Shown here: piece by piece, positions 23,371-37,003 of the stretch
Layout of the letters: every line of letters begins with the position of its first letter
Numbering within the stretch: the stretch's first letter is position 1
DNA from: Octopus sinensis
Taxonomy: Eukaryota
Direction of reading: 5' to 3'
NCBI RefSeq assembly: GCF_006345805.1
Contig: NC_043000.1
Coordinates: forward strand, 99,634,001-99,698,000
Length of the DNA stretch: 64,000 nucleotides
Translations under genes and position numbers: made by a program
Notes under the pieces: generated by a model
Seen by the model: only the letters and a program-made list of their open reading frames with translations
Told to the model about the DNA's origin: nothing
The model's database searches: none

Positions 23371-25421
23371 AACATAAGTGGGGTCACTAAGTGACTTTCC
23401 AGACAAAGGCGTCTCAGAGAAGGAGTGGAACTGAAGGAAGTGACTTTGTGCCAGGCGAGAGGTTAGAGTATAATAGAGGGATAGAGATAGGTGTCTTACT
23501 ATGAAGGAAACATTTGGCTACCCCAATAGGAAAAGAAAGGGAAGAGAGATGGAGTTAAAAAGAAAGATAGACAGTCAGAGTGAGAGAGAGAAATAGATGG
23601 TGTTGGAGATACATTGGGACAGACCCACAGGAGACAGTGGAGTGGAGTATAAATGATACAAAATAGATAGAGGGGATGTTCCATCAGAATGTGAGGGGAG
23701 ATGTTTAAAGATGGGGCAAGATTTGACTGGAGCAAATGATGGTGAGAGAAGCTGGAGTAGTTGGGATGGGTGGGTGATATACTGGTATTTTCCAACTCAT
23801 TTCAAAAGAACCTAATGGTATTCTGTGAACCAAAGAAAATATGTGAAACCCAACTTTGCCATTACCTAGTGGTTGAAAATAGACAATGTTTATAGGTTGT
23901 TGGGGTCATGTTTTAGTTTAGAGTGAAGGCAGTACCCATGACTCTTTACAGAGCCTCTGAGATCAATGAGAGGGAGAGAGGGAGGAAAGTGTCTACAAAT
24001 TGAAGCCTGGCTTGATTGCTTACAGTGGAGAGGACTTGACAAAACCTGCCCAAGGACCAGGTGGTTGTGTTAAACTGGACAATGAATTAAGTTTACTGTC
24101 CAAGCAGGTTACAATGAAATTTGAACTCTGAATGTAAAGAGCTGGGACAAATACTGAAAGGACTTGACCAAGGGCCTGGTGGTAGTGTTAAACAAAGAAT
24201 TAAATCAATCATCAAAGTAGGCCACAATGAGGTTTGAACTCAGAATGTAAAGAGCTGGAACAAATACTGCAGGTCATCCAGTCTGAAGATTTTATGGTTT
24301 TGTCAATCTTCCATTTCGGACTGATACTTTTCATTCTCCCACTCTCTCCTGCCTTAAAGGATGGGAGACAAAATTGTACAATATGTACCAATGTCTGCTC
24401 TCTGTTGTCACTTTGCCTCCTAGAAATAGCACTCAAACCTAACTTATAGCATATCATTTAACTGGATGATGCAGTCCTAGATACATAATCTGAAGTAGAA
24501 GGAGAAAAAAACAAACATACACAAAAGAAACAAGCAGGATGGTCGCAGTTGGAATGCATTTGATCATGGTTGACCTTGAACTAAACAACAGTGACAACAA
24601 CAACAACAAAATGTAAATAGCTATGAGTTGCTGTATTTATATTTTCATAGCAATGAGTCGTGCAAGTTGTATATAATTTTAAAGTCCATTGATTATAACT
24701 TCTAGCAAGTGTTAGCTAGTGGAAAGTGCTGTGGAATGAAAGGAGTGTGGTGGAAGTGGTAGTGGTGGAGGTGACAGTGGTGGTGGTGGAGGTGGTGGTT
24801 GAATTACTATTTAATTATTCTCTGTGATATGGTGTTGGTGATGATGGTGAAAGATGGAAATAGTAGTGACAGTGGTGGTGGTGGCAGCAGTGGTGATGGT
24901 GCCATTGAAGCCGACAACAACAATAACAATAACAAGAACAGCAACATAGTCCAGTGAAGGCAGGTGGGCAAATGGTCAGTGTCCGAACACTTTGTTCTTT
25001 GCCCATTTTCAATATATTCTTTCCTTCTTATTTTTTTTATATATTTCTTTTACTCATTTTAGTCATTGAACTTTGGTCATGTTGGAGGAACTGGATTCAG
25101 GCATTTTACTCCATTATATTTTACTAATTGCAGTACTTTGACTCTTGCTTATGTTTTTTTATTTAGATCTTTTAAGAGACAAAGAGTAGGGACAAAGTTG
25201 TTCTTTGTAAAAGGATGCACCTGGTACAGAGCCAAACACCATGAGGGATTTTGATTTGACATGTCAGCTCTGCCATAACATCTACACACTTTCACACAAA
25301 CACATGCACACACACACAAACACATATGCATACACTTGAACACACACATACATGCACATACACGTGTGCACAAACACACACACACATACACTCAGACGTT
25401 TACAAAATTCTTATAACAAAA

Positions 25422-25870
25422 TATGAGGTGGTATCAAAAAGTTTCCATACTAGTTCTGTAGTGCACCAACAGATAGCAGCACAGGGTTGCATGTGCCGTG
25501 AGAGCTAGCAGTCTTTCATGAGGCGGAGTGCTGAGTGACATCACTGTGTTGCTTCATAAATTGTGAAATTTGTGTTTTTGTAATCACATGTATACTGTAG
25601 TCTGCAATTTTTGTCATGGTCAGGAAGTTAGAACAAAGAGCCAACATGAAATTTTGCATTAAACTTGGGAAGTCTGCTGCAGAGACATTGAGTAAGCTTC
25701 GGCAAGCTTACAGTGACAAGGCAGTGGGTTGTATGCAATGTTTTGAGTGTCACAGGCACTCCTCAAAAGCAGAAGAACATCCCTGCACTCATCATCTGGA
25801 AGGCCTACCATGAGTGTCACCTCCAGAAATGTGGTATTGTGCATGGAAAATTTGTCTCCCTGAAACCAGA
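25422..25870 (+). mobile_element. Mariner transposon remnant (left TIR, HTH, fused fragment of the catalytic region)
   Basis: TA-TGAGGTGGTATCAAAAAGTTT TIR; ORF 25616-25813 EQRANMKFCIKLGKSAAETLSKLRQAYSD is a mariner N-terminal HTH; downstream GIVHGKFV resembles GIVH.EFVP. Confidence 0.85.
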
Positions 25871-26215
25871 CAATGTATGAAAACATAAATTGAATATCCA
25901 ATTTGGACCACCAAGAGCTGCAGTTAAGTTCCAATCCTTGTGGATTTTAAAATGTCTTTTGAGGCCTCTATTAGATTTGCAGACCTTATGGCATTGAAAG
26001 TTATGCACAGACATATAGGCAGGATAGTTGGTGGAGGGTCGTTTCCATGAATCTGCAAATAAGATTTGAGTCCAGCAAAGGAAAGGCATGGTCTGTCACA
26101 AACTATGCACACAAAAGGTGATTTCACCTTCTTGATCATAACATTTTTCTTTAAATCTCTCTTGAGTCTTGCATGTCTTATCCTGGCCTCTTCAACTGCT
26201 TTCATATGTGTGAAT
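25870..26215 (-). mobile_element. LINE ORF2 C-terminus with two C2H2-like fingers
   Basis: FVCIVCDRPCLSFAGLKSYLQIH and, in another frame, CHKVCKSNRGLKRHFKIH; same family as 14950-15130. Confidence 0.7.
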
Positions 26216-26243
26216 ACATATATAGTCATGTATATAAATTTAT

Positions 26244-26535
26244 GGTGGAGGAGCAATGGCCCAGTGGACTCATGGTCGGAGGATCATGCTTTCGATTCCA
26301 AGACTGGGCATTGTGTGTGTTTATTGAGTGAAAACACCTAAAAGCTCCACGAGGCTCCAGCAGGGGGTGGTGGTGACTCCTGTTGTACTCTTTCACTCCC
26401 ATCTTTCTCTCACTCTTTCTTACTGTTTCTTGAGTAACGCTGCAATGGATTGGCATCCCGTCCAGCTGGGGGGAATACATATGCCACAGAAACTGGGCCC
26501 ATGAGCCTGGCTAGGCTTGAAAAGGGCGAAAAGGA
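26244..26535 (+). mobile_element. Family E-like SINE
   Basis: Aligns with 13699-13993; contains GATTGGCATCCCGTCCAG, reminiscent of V-domain SINEs. Confidence 0.7.
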
Positions 26536-26689
26536 AGAAAGGAATATATATATATATATATATATATATACTCTTCAGTTTTATTTCTAAACTTAGTGTG
26601 TCTAAGACTACATTCCCTAATCTGTTTTTCATATTTTTTCATTCTTAAAGATGACAAGGAAATATGGCTGCTATTTCTCACTGGTCCTG

Positions 26690-26746
<57 letters not shown>

Positions 26747-27528
26747 TGCATGTAGGTATAAATGTGTGTATGTATACATGATTTTGGTTATGGCAAGAAT
26801 TGTAAACACTGAATGGGAAACAAATTTTTGCAGCAGGCAACTAAGCATATTATTCCCCATCTATCTCAGTATGTGCAGGGTATTTGTGTGTGTGTATGTG
26901 TGAAAATATCAGTACAAGGACAATTATCAATGGAGACCACACCTTTTGTGCCTATGTAATCTCTCTTGTGAGACTGATTCACAATTTATGTGCTTCCTTA
27001 GCATGGTATGTCTGTCTCGCCAAAGTTGAAGTCTGTGGAAGTCCAACAGTGAGGGTAGGTAGACAAGCAGTATAGGTGATCTGAAAGGTTTACCATCTGG
27101 GGGGGAGGAAGTGGGGGTTGCAGAGGTTCAGAAAAAGAAATACTTGGAGATATGGTAACACAGACAGAAATAAGAATGCATGTATATATTGTATCTGTGT
27201 GTATTTTACATACACACACACTTGTGTATATATATGCAAATGTATATATGACTATATATATATTAGTGAGTGTGCATGATATACACACATGTGCATGAGT
27301 TTCATTAAATTCATGATTCTCTTCACATTTTATCTTATTTATTTTAGATTATTTTGTATTTTCTTATCAGTTTCTTTAGAGTTAGTTTGGAGTGATAAAG
27401 TACCTAAATTCATATTCAACGTATCCAGACATTCACATTCTCATTTTCAAGAATTGATTATATCTTTTACTTCTTGGTTTCTATGTTGTTTTTTCATATA
27501 TTTACTTTTTGAATTCATGTTGACTTTG

Positions 27529-27566
<38 letters not shown>

Positions 27567-28399
27567 TACACACACATACTGCATACATATATATAAAGTT
27601 AATCCAAACATGAAAACACAAAGAGAAAATACAACAATGCGAGGACGTGGAACAAGTATAGTATTATTGGACGCTATAAAATAATGGTGATACATGTATA
27701 TATACACATAGATACTTATGTGTAAATGTGTTGTACATATATATGTATGTACCACACATATATATGTATATACAATATGTGCATGTACCACACATACACA
27801 CACATATGCTAAATTGTGTGTGTGTATGTATATGTATGTATGTATGTACCACACACACACACACACATATATGTGTGTGTGTGTATGTATGTATTTGTTT
27901 TTGTATTTGGTTTGCAAGATTCTTGATGTGAATTCATGTTTTGAAACAAATCTTGTTGAGTCTTGGGATGGTCATTGTGCCTAGAATAATAAAATTAAGA
28001 AACACACACAGCATGTGTGTTTATTATTATTTTCATAATGACCCTCCCAAGACACAAGATATATCTATATGAGTGTATGTATATATGTATTTGTGTCCTC
28101 ATCATTTTACATTAATTTTCTATCCTGACATGCATGGAAAATGTTGGATCGTGTAGTTAGCATCAGTTCTTATTCAGAGTTAGTAAAAGAATAATATTCC
28201 TTTATTTCTTATAAGGTTAATGCTTCTAGTTTCTGAGTTAGTCTATTTGGTGTTGTATCACAGTAGTCTGGTTTATGGCATATGTGGCTTTTTTCATTTT
28301 GCATTATCATCATAATTTTATCATCAGTTTTCCATGTTGGCACTGGTTGGCTGACTTGACAAGATCTGACTGTTTGGCTGACCACATTATGTTCTAAAC

Positions 28400-28731
28400 C
28401 ATTGGTTCTCAACCATATGACTCCTAGGGGCACATATAAGGTTTTGGGGGATCCAAGGTAGCAACATAATAAATTGGGAATCGGCACTAGTATTTTAAGG
28501 ATCCATGAAAAGTTTTGATTTAACATATGTATTGCAAGAAATGGCTAAGTTACTTTCTTTAACATTTTCTGTTGTTGGACCTGTACAAGTGAATGAGTGT
28601 ATAAGAAAAATAGAAGTTTAGAAAGAAATGTAAATAAAATGATTTTTTAAACATTGAATGGCTATGGGGGTTCACCAGAATAATATAGTAATCAAAGGAG
28701 TCCATTGATAAAAAATTGTCAAGAATCTCTA
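28400..28731 (+). mobile_element. hAT (Charlie/MER5-like) MITE, degenerate
   Basis: Left end CATTGGTTCTCAACC; decayed right end AAAAATTGTCAAGAATCTCTA. Confidence 0.55.
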
Positions 28732-29337
28732 TTTTATACTCTCAGTGTTGGCATGGTTTCTATAGCTCTGTGTTCTTTCTGACATCAAGCACTTTATAGA
28801 GTGTACTGGGTGCCTTTTTCATGGCATCAACACTATGTTTAACTGAAGATCCCCTTCAAGACCTGCATTGTTACAATTCAGTTTGATTTGCCAACCACTT
28901 TCAGAGTGTACTGGGTGCTTTTGTGTCTTTTTTTTCTTCTTGGCAATACCCCAACAAGGATGGCCTTGTAGCTTGCAAGGTAAAAAGAGAACCCTCATAA
29001 CTGGAAGAGTACATGTTAAAGTCTGATGTAAGAAACAGATTTATTATTGTGAGAGGATTGTCATGGAAAGGTTAACAGAAGGAACAGTGTTGGGGTTGAA
29101 TAATGGAGGAGACAGGAAGAGGGGAAGAGTAATGTCAAGGATTAATGTGAAAGAGAGTAGGGGACAAAGTTGTAAGAGGGATGATGTGGGTTGAGTAGGG
29201 AAGCCCAGTGGTGGGATGGGTTGAGTAGAAGTACCCAGTATGCTTCCATGTTATATATATTATAACCATCATCATCATTTTATGTCTGCTTTCCATGGGC
29301 TGGATGTTTTTCCAGGTTCTTAGTCAGTAATTGTGGG

Positions 29338-29377
<40 letters not shown>

Positions 29378-29399
29378 CATTATGTGTGTATGTATTTAT

Positions 29400-29620
29400 A
29401 TATCTTTTATCTTTTACTTGTTTCAGTCATTAGACTGCAGCCATGCTGGGGTACAGCCTTGAAAAATTCTTAGTCGAATGAATTGACTCCAGTACTTATT
29501 TTTTTAAGTGTGGTACTTATTCTGTTGGTCTCTTTTGCTAAACTAAGTTACATAGATGTAAACAAACAGACAGCTCCATTTGTTAAGTAATAGTGAGAGA
29601 GAAGCATAAAAGACACATGC
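29400..29620 (-). mobile_element. Family A SINE 3' part
   Basis: CTTTTACTTGTTTCAGTCATT..GCCATGCTGGGG. Confidence 0.8.
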
Positions 29621-30155
29621 ACATTATATATATATATATATATATATATCTTGAAGGGTTATGGTTAGAGCATTGGGCTCACAATCATGAGGTAGTGAGT
29701 TCAGTTCCTGGATTGAGCTGTGTGTTTTTTTCTTGAGCAAGACACTTTATTTCACGTTACTCCAGTTCACTCAGCTGTAGAAATGAGTTGCGAGGTCACT
29801 GGTGCCAAGCTGTATCAGCAGTTGCCTTTCCCTTTGGTAACATTAGTGGCATTGAGGAGCGAGGCTGGTATGCATGGGTGACTGCTGGCCATCCATAAAC
29901 AACCTTGCCTGACTTGTGCCTTGGAAAGTGACATTCTAGGTGCATGATTGAAGGGGGCCTTTACTTTTTTATATATGCACACACACACACACACCGGTTC
30001 CTTCTGCCAGCCAGCAAAAACTATGTATTATGTAATAAAATGTGCAAATCTTTGGCAGGTTTCAGGAGTCATATAAGAACCTCACATTGCGTTGTCAATG
30101 ACTCATTTCAATGATTCTTTCTAGCAATGGCTTTGCTTGTATAAGAGAAAGCAGC

Positions 30156-30196
<41 letters not shown>

Positions 30197-30198
<2 letters not shown>

Positions 30199-30476
30199 CG
30201 TGGCCGTTCACCAGCCTCGTCTGGCACCTGTGTCGGTGGCACATAAAAAACACCATCCGAGCGTGGCCGTCTGCCAGCCTCGTCTGGCACCTGTGTCGGT
30301 GGCACATAAAATCACCCACTACACTCTCGGAGTGGTTGGCGTTAGGAAGGGCATCCAGCTGTAGAAACACTGCCAGATCTGACTGGCCTGGTGCAGCCTT
30401 CGGGCTCCCCAGACCCCAGTTGAACCGTCCAACCCATGCTAGCATGGAAAGCGGACGTTAAACGATGATGATGATA
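30197..30476 (+). mobile_element. Young RTE LINE 3' UTR (two ~63-bp tandem units plus tail)
   Basis: AGCGTGGCCGT..CCAGCCTCGTCTGGCACCTGTGTCGGTGGCACATAAAA x2, then GGAAGGGCATCCAGCTGTAG..GATGATGATGAT; flanked by (TA)n. Confidence 0.9.
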
Positions 30477-31157
30477 TATATATATATATGAATATATATA
30501 TATACATATACAAATATATACACACACATATATATATAAATAGATACATACATAAATAGAGGGATGGGTGGGTAGCTGGCCACCCATGCACAGGTGGGTG
30601 GGCTTGCAGATATAAATGCATTATACTCACATATTTATGCACACATAATATAAGTAAGAGACTCAAAGCTAAACAAATCAGAAGGCAACTGTAACCCCAT
30701 GAATTTTGAGGTCCTTGAAGGAAGAAAGCATTTTGAGTAAAGCATCGATGATAAACATCACTATTATCACCATCACCATGAACACAACGATGCTGACAGC
30801 CACCACAAGCATCATCACCATCATCAACAACAGCAAGAAGAACTTCATATAATATAATTGATAATTTCTTACATTAGACAGAAAGCCACAAAATTGTAAG
30901 GTAGCATGTCATTGTGGATTGACTTGCCCACCACCTCTGTCATCACACTTTGATATATGTGACTTTTTGCTTCTTTTAGCAGGCATACATTCTTGAAAGG
31001 TAGGGCAAGCCTGGCATGCTTTGCACTCAGGCTGAACACAAATTTATTGCTTGTAACTCAAGATGTGTGAAAACTAATTATGGACTATTATCTCCTATGT
31101 ACACAAGTACATGCAAACACACGTTTACATATGCACACACACGTGTGCATACACATG

Positions 31158-31226
<69 letters not shown>

Positions 31227-31663
31227 CTGTCTATCTGTTTGTTCATGTGTGTGTGTCTGTGTGTGTGCATTTGTGTGCAAAGGTATATGGTCTAGGGATT
31301 ATAGTATTCTGCTTGCAATCATTTGAACTGAATTCCTGGAACAGGTATTACTTTGTCCTTCAGTAAGTCATTTTATTTCATGATGTGCCAGTTTACAGAG
31401 CCAAAACTGTGTACCAGCCATACGCTGGTGCAGCTTCTTCTTTCAGCTGTTATACCTTAGCTGTGCCACTAGGTCAAAGGATTGGAGAGTTGAGATTGTG
31501 TTAATGTCTACTCGCAAAAACATAGGCACCTAAAACATTTAACACTAACCACTAAAAAATGCCATCATGATACTATCTACCTATAAGGTATAATGTCTTG
31601 GCCAAAATATTATGCATTGCTATTTGTAGAAAGGATACATTGATGTGGAGGAAATGATCACCC

Positions 31664-31887
31664 TTAATCCATTTATTTAAACTGACCACATTCAGCCCAG
31701 GTATTCTACCTGTTTTCTTTTCAAACTGGCCAGGTCTGGCCTTTCACACCTATTCTACAATGTCATTCTAAAAATATAGAAACAACCCGTTAAAATCTTG
31801 AAGCTGTGACATTATGTGTGACTAATTTAAACAATATGAGTTAAAAGCAATACATTTGACAAAGAAATTTGAATGCTAAAAAATTAA
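31664..31887. mobile_element. piggyBac-type MITE, degenerate
   Basis: Internal homology to 38448-38679; TTAA at both ends. Confidence 0.65.
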
Positions 31888-32099
31888 TGTGAGAGAAAAC
31901 TGGCGAAATATTACTCTCAAAACACTTGAAAAATGTTGATATAACAAACCAAATGTAATTTCTAGGGCAAAGAAAAGTGTGTACAGTGGTAGAAATCCAA
32001 GGTGTCATGTAGTGGGATTGAACCTGAAACTACATGGTTGCAAATGAACTTCTTAACCACATAGCTACACCTGTGCTTGTAATATAGGTCAATAAATAA

Positions 32100-32495
32100 A
32101 TTCATCTGTCCATCCATTTTCTTCACCCACTATTCCAAAGAAGGTCATGGAGGTAGAAGCCATAGGCACCTCCTCCATAGGGTCCTATCAGAAGCAACAA
32201 CCGTTAGATTTTCTGGCTGGATTCCCAGGCATGACCAACTGAGACTATGGATATTATCCAACCATCTTGTTCTTGGTCTATCCTGACGTTTCTTGCCAAT
32301 CAGCTTGGCTTCAAGAGTCTTATAATCCTTTCCTGTGGCATTCTAATAACATGCCTGTAATACAGGAGCTGTGACCTCTCAGTGCAGAGAAGTAGCAGCT
32401 CAACTTGGAGAGACTCCCTGATCACTGAGCTACACACGCTCTCAAGTAACTTTACTCCAGAAACTCTTAGGAGGAACCCCATTTTGGCCACTTTT
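32100..32495 (-). mobile_element. RTE LINE ORF2 C-terminal fragment
   Basis: MGFLLRVSGV..SSVIRESLQVELLLLCTERSQLLYYRHVIRMPQER matches the RTE pattern EM.FLRR..IRE.L.VEPL...ER.QLRW.GHV.RM. Confidence 0.8.
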
Positions 32496-32809
32496 GGTCA
32501 TTACTCAACATTCATATAGTGAATGTTGAGTAATGATTATTAAGTGAGGGTCACTATGATTGACTAAAACTGCTGAAGGCTGTGCCCTGGCAGGAGTGCA
32601 ATCTAATGACAGCAGCTCATAAAGGAAAGAATAAAGGATTGAAAATGCTAAGAATAAAAAATATAAATATAATCTTTTAATAAATTTATAGTAGTTAAAT
32701 GTGTAAAAGTTTAATATTCATATGAAAAATAGCAATCCTGCTGTTGGCATGAAACTTTAAGTAGTGGAATAGTATTTAATTTAACCATTAAATTGAACAT
32801 TTACTCTTT

Positions 32810-33000
32810 AATATGTATTGAGTATTGTTTAATTTGTTTGCCGCATTACTTTGTAGTTCTGCTTGCAGGTATAATAATGCAGTCAATTCTGTTTAATTGT
32901 ATACCTGCTAATTGCTTAATTTAGTTAATTTCAGTAAAACCGGTTGGTTAATTGCATATGCAAATAAAGTCAATTTCAGTTAATTGTATTATTGTATTGG
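32810..33000. promoter_or_regulatory. Cluster of homeodomain-type TAATT(G) motifs with POU octamer (candidate enhancer)
   Basis: At least seven TAATT in ~190 bp; palindrome TTGCATATGCAA 32952-32963 overlapping ATGCAAAT 32958-32965. Confidence 0.3.
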
Positions 33001-33053
33001 ATTTTGTTTGTTTTTTTAACCTGGTTTTGAAATCACTCATTTACTAGTTCCAG

Positions 33054-33087
33054 CTGAAGGGCTGAGGTCACAGTGGGGCACTAATAG
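33054..33087 (+). CDS. Candidate exon A of an unidentified gene (xEGLRSQWGTN R)
   Basis: ccag|...AATAG|gtacc; only one frame open; phase-compatible with 33277. Confidence 0.2.
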
Positions 33088-33276
33088 GTACCTCTGCCAA
33101 AAAAAAAAAACAAAGAAAGAAAAAAAAAACCCTCACGAAACAAAAAAACAAAAACGACCCTGAAATACTAGCGCATAAAATTGAACGTTTGATTTGATCT
33201 AAATAAAGTGATTCTGATTGCTTCTTTTTTCATGAGTTAAATGACTGTAGTTAATACTTTATGCACATATACACAG

Positions 33277-33319
33277 ATGGAAGGCAGGAGACTTTGACAA
33301 AGGAATCAAATTTATTCAG
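33277..33319 (+). CDS. Candidate exon B (WKAGDFDKGIKFIQ)
   Basis: acacag|...TTCAG|gttatt; phase 2 to 0. Confidence 0.25.
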
Positions 33320-33569
33320 GTTATTCTTACTGTTTCAATGAATTAAAAGCCCACAAAATCTTCCTTCGCAGCATGGAAACTGATTTATAGTTTTAGAATG
33401 GATAATTTTTTCTTTCTTGTTTTGATCTATTCCTAAAGGTAAATAAACATTATCTGTTGAGAAGAACTTGATAGCTATTTATTTTAATAGTCTGGTTGCA
33501 GAAACTTAATATGCTTTGTATTCTTGTAAATCAATTTTGCTACCTTAATGTTTATAGCTTTTTTTTCAG

Positions 33570-33649
33570 ACTCTTGTTATTCATATTATTTCAATCACGG
33601 AAGCAAAAATGTTTCAAGACTGTTTTCCAAACACTTCACTTTTAACTCG
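33570..33649 (+). CDS. Candidate exon C (TLVIHIISITEAKMFQDCFPNTSLLT R)
   Basis: Strong acceptor tttttttcag, donor gtaatt; phase 0 to 2. Confidence 0.3.
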
Positions 33650-33720
33650 GTAATTTCTAAATTATCAATATGCTACAGACAAATAAAATTTTTTTATTAT
33701 TGATGTACATTTTTTTTCAG

Positions 33721-33738
33721 CTTGTTTAATGGTAAAGA
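33721..33738 (+). CDS. Candidate micro-exon (11 or 18 nt)
   Basis: Strong acceptor ttttttttcag; donors gtaaag (after 33731) or gtatgt (after 33738); open in the frame continuing exon C. Confidence 0.2.
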
Positions 33739-33930
33739 GTATGTTTGGTGTAATCAAATTTTCTTTCTTAGTTCCATCCCAACTACATGGTTCTGGGTTC
33801 AATCTTCCTGCTTTGCACCTTGGGAAAGTATCTTCCCCTATAGTCTTGGGCTGACCAAAACCTTCTGAGGGGATTTAGTAGACAAAAACTAAAGGAAACA
33901 CATCATATATATATAATATATATATATATA

Positions 33931-33962
<32 letters not shown>

Positions 33963-35037
33963 GTAGTAGTAGTAGTAGTTGATGATGTTATATGAGGATG
34001 GTGATGTGGTGATCCTTAAATACCATCTTCAAGAGTTTTAGTTGATCATTTGTCCATTCATTTGTATTTTACCTATTTTCCAAACTAGTACGGGTTTAGA
34101 TGGGGCTCACATGGGCTCAACCATGTGAACTCCATCTTTAAAACACTTCGTTAGACTAATACGTATTGTTATGGTATTGTTTTTGAACCGGATGCCTTTA
34201 CCTGCTTTTCAAGTGAGTGAGTTTTTAGTTTCACTGACTTTCATTGAAAGTGCAGAACTGACAATTGATTTATCGACAAAGAAATGACAAGAGACAACAA
34301 TATTGTTCATAATTCAGTGATTTTTCACTTCAGTGCAGAATCTACTAATTCACACATGCACAAACCTGCCCATACATATATCCATACATGCACACATACA
34401 GATGACTAAATGAATGAGTGGATTTTGGCATATAGAAACTGCAGGAGATGATTGTATAGTATGTGTGAATGTGTATGTGTAAATAATTATGTTATATAAT
34501 TATGTTTAAGAATGTGGTAGAGTACAGTTTGCCAATAGGCCTTTAGCCACAATACCTCTCTTGATACAATTAAGTGGCTACTACTAACACCAGGCTATGA
34601 CAGACAGATATGATGCTCTTGAAGTCGAGAATTTGAACTTACAGTATTTATATGTCACCTGAGGAAACACAACTAGATTTCATACTGCAGGAAAATGGTT
34701 ACATAACCAAATACCTGCAAGCCTGGAGGACTACGTTGCATTAAAATAATTGTAGTGATTGCAAATAAATGTCCAACTGTACTCCTTCTTGACTAATATA
34801 GGCACAATGAGTTGCTATTATCTATAGGCTGAAACAGCTGTAAGTGATTTTGATAAGCTATATCCATGTTTTTTAATAACTGCTTGTATTCCTATTTTAT
34901 ATGGATTGAATAATATACTATATGTATGTATGTTATTATGGTTGTCGTTCTGATAAATAAATAAGTCAACATTTTAATGTCCTAAAGTTGATGAACCAAC
35001 TAATGTGCTTCTCCATTTTCTTATTTGCAATATATAT

Positions 35038-35069
<32 letters not shown>

Positions 35070-35084
35070 GAGTGTGTGTCTTGT

Positions 35085-35290
35085 ATTTTTCCCCACTACT
35101 GTTTGACAACCAGTAGTGGTGTGTTTGCGTCTCCGTAACTTAGTGGTTTGTCAAAACAAATCAATATAATAAGTACTAGACTTTAAAAAATAAGTCCTAG
35201 TATTGATTTGTTCAACTAAAACCATTCAAGGTGGCACCCCAGCATGGCCACAGTCAAACAATTGAAACAAGTAAAAGATAAAAGATATAT
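35085..35290 (+). mobile_element. Family A SINE 3' part
   Basis: CCGTAACTTAG.GG..GATAAGTACTAG..CCCCAGCATGGCCACAGTC. Confidence 0.8.
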
Positions 35291-36544
35291 ATATGCATGT
35301 TGTGCTACTACCTCTCTACTATAACAGGTTATAATAGAAGAGTCTTGGCCATGGTACTTCACATTGGGATTGAACCTGAAACCACATTGTTGCAAAGTGA
35401 GCTTCTCAAACATACAGCTCTGTCTGTGTCTTCTCGATCATATGAATCCTAATATATATTCCAGTCTAGTGCTTATTTTGCCTTTCAGGTCTGTAAGTTG
35501 AACCACTAAGTTATGGGAGATAAAGTAACACACGATATAACACAGAGTCACAGGGACATGTAAATACACACACACACACACACACCACACACACACACAC
35601 TCACACACACATATGTATTTATATATATATTTGCTTGTCCCTGTGTATACATATACATACACATGAGAAATTGCAATAAATGCAAGTTGATATTATTTGT
35701 TCCTATACATTTCACCATTGTGGTTGTCTTGGACTTTGGATTAGAAGTTCTGAGTGCAATTGGATGCTTAACCACAACAGGTCAACAGGGAATACTTTCT
35801 GTAACATAATGCAGTAAGTGTACATAGGCACGAATAATAGAAACTTGTGTTTATCATAATTTCTTCTCAATTTGCTCTGTATGTCATAACTAGCAATACT
35901 CCTAGTCATCATTATCATCATCATCTGTCGTCCATGATAGTATGGTAGCACTCTGGTATCACATCACCAATTTCCATCTCTACCCTCCCTCACATTCCCA
36001 TTTGGAATGTGGGAAGTCATGTAGCACCCCTTTCAGCAAGATGTCTGCTTTGCACTGGCCCCTGTCTCTCATATTTTACCCCTTTTTACTGTGTGTTCCC
36101 TTAGCATACTGTTACCCTCACCCCACTTGCAGTTTTCTTAATCTTGCAAGCTGCATGGAAACCTCACTGGTGCTGGGTGCACAAAAAAAAAAGAAAAAGA
36201 AAAAAAGCATCCAGTATACACAGTAAATTGGTTGATGTTTGGAAGGGCATCCAACCATAGAAACCATGCCAAACACTCTGGAGCATGATGCTATCTTTGG
36301 CCCACTGGATGCTGTTGAACCACCCAACCCATGCCACCATGGAACATGCATGTTGAGGATGATGATGATGATGATGGTGATGATGATCTTTCACCTCCTC
36401 AAAATACCTTGTTATTCTCACCTGGTCATTTGAGACTACTTCTCATTTTGTGATACAAGACCCTTAATGTTTAAAGTCCTACTGCATAATTTCCTGTAAG
36501 GAGTTTTTGCTAAGCTAGCTTCCAAACACATACAAAATAATGGC

Positions 36545-36750
36545 TTCAAATTTTGGCACAAGGTCTGCTGTTTTTGAAGGGAGGGAGTAAGTCAGTTACA
36601 TTGCTCACCTGGTACTTATTTTATTGAAACCCTGAAAAGATGGAAGACAAAGTCGACCTCAGTGGAATTTGAGCTCAGAATGCAAAAGCAGATGAAATGC
36701 CACTAAGCATTTTGTTTGGCATGTCAACAGTTCTGCCAGTTCACTGCCTT
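36545..36750 (-). mobile_element. Family B SINE
   Basis: Reverse complement of the family B head and central domain. Confidence 0.75.
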
Positions 36751-37003
36751 CACCTACTAATAATTAAAAAAATACATTATTTTACTAAATTACCCCATCC
36801 TCACCCCAATATCTTGATTAATTAAAACACAAAGGCAATAAATATATTTCATTTAAAAATGAAGTTCCAAAATGTTTAAATGGTTTTTACTGATTCAGAT
36901 TATCACTAGTTTCCTAGGACCCTAGTTTTTTCTTCTTTTTCTTTTTTAGTATATTTTGCTTTGGGGGTAATTTTAGTCTTACCCTATTCACTTATTTTTC
37001 CAG

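Noticed and set aside
32530-32578. C/D-box snoRNA-like ATGAT...ATGAT...CTGA arrangement
   Set aside because: Too short, boxes non-consensus, no terminal stem, no recognisable guide
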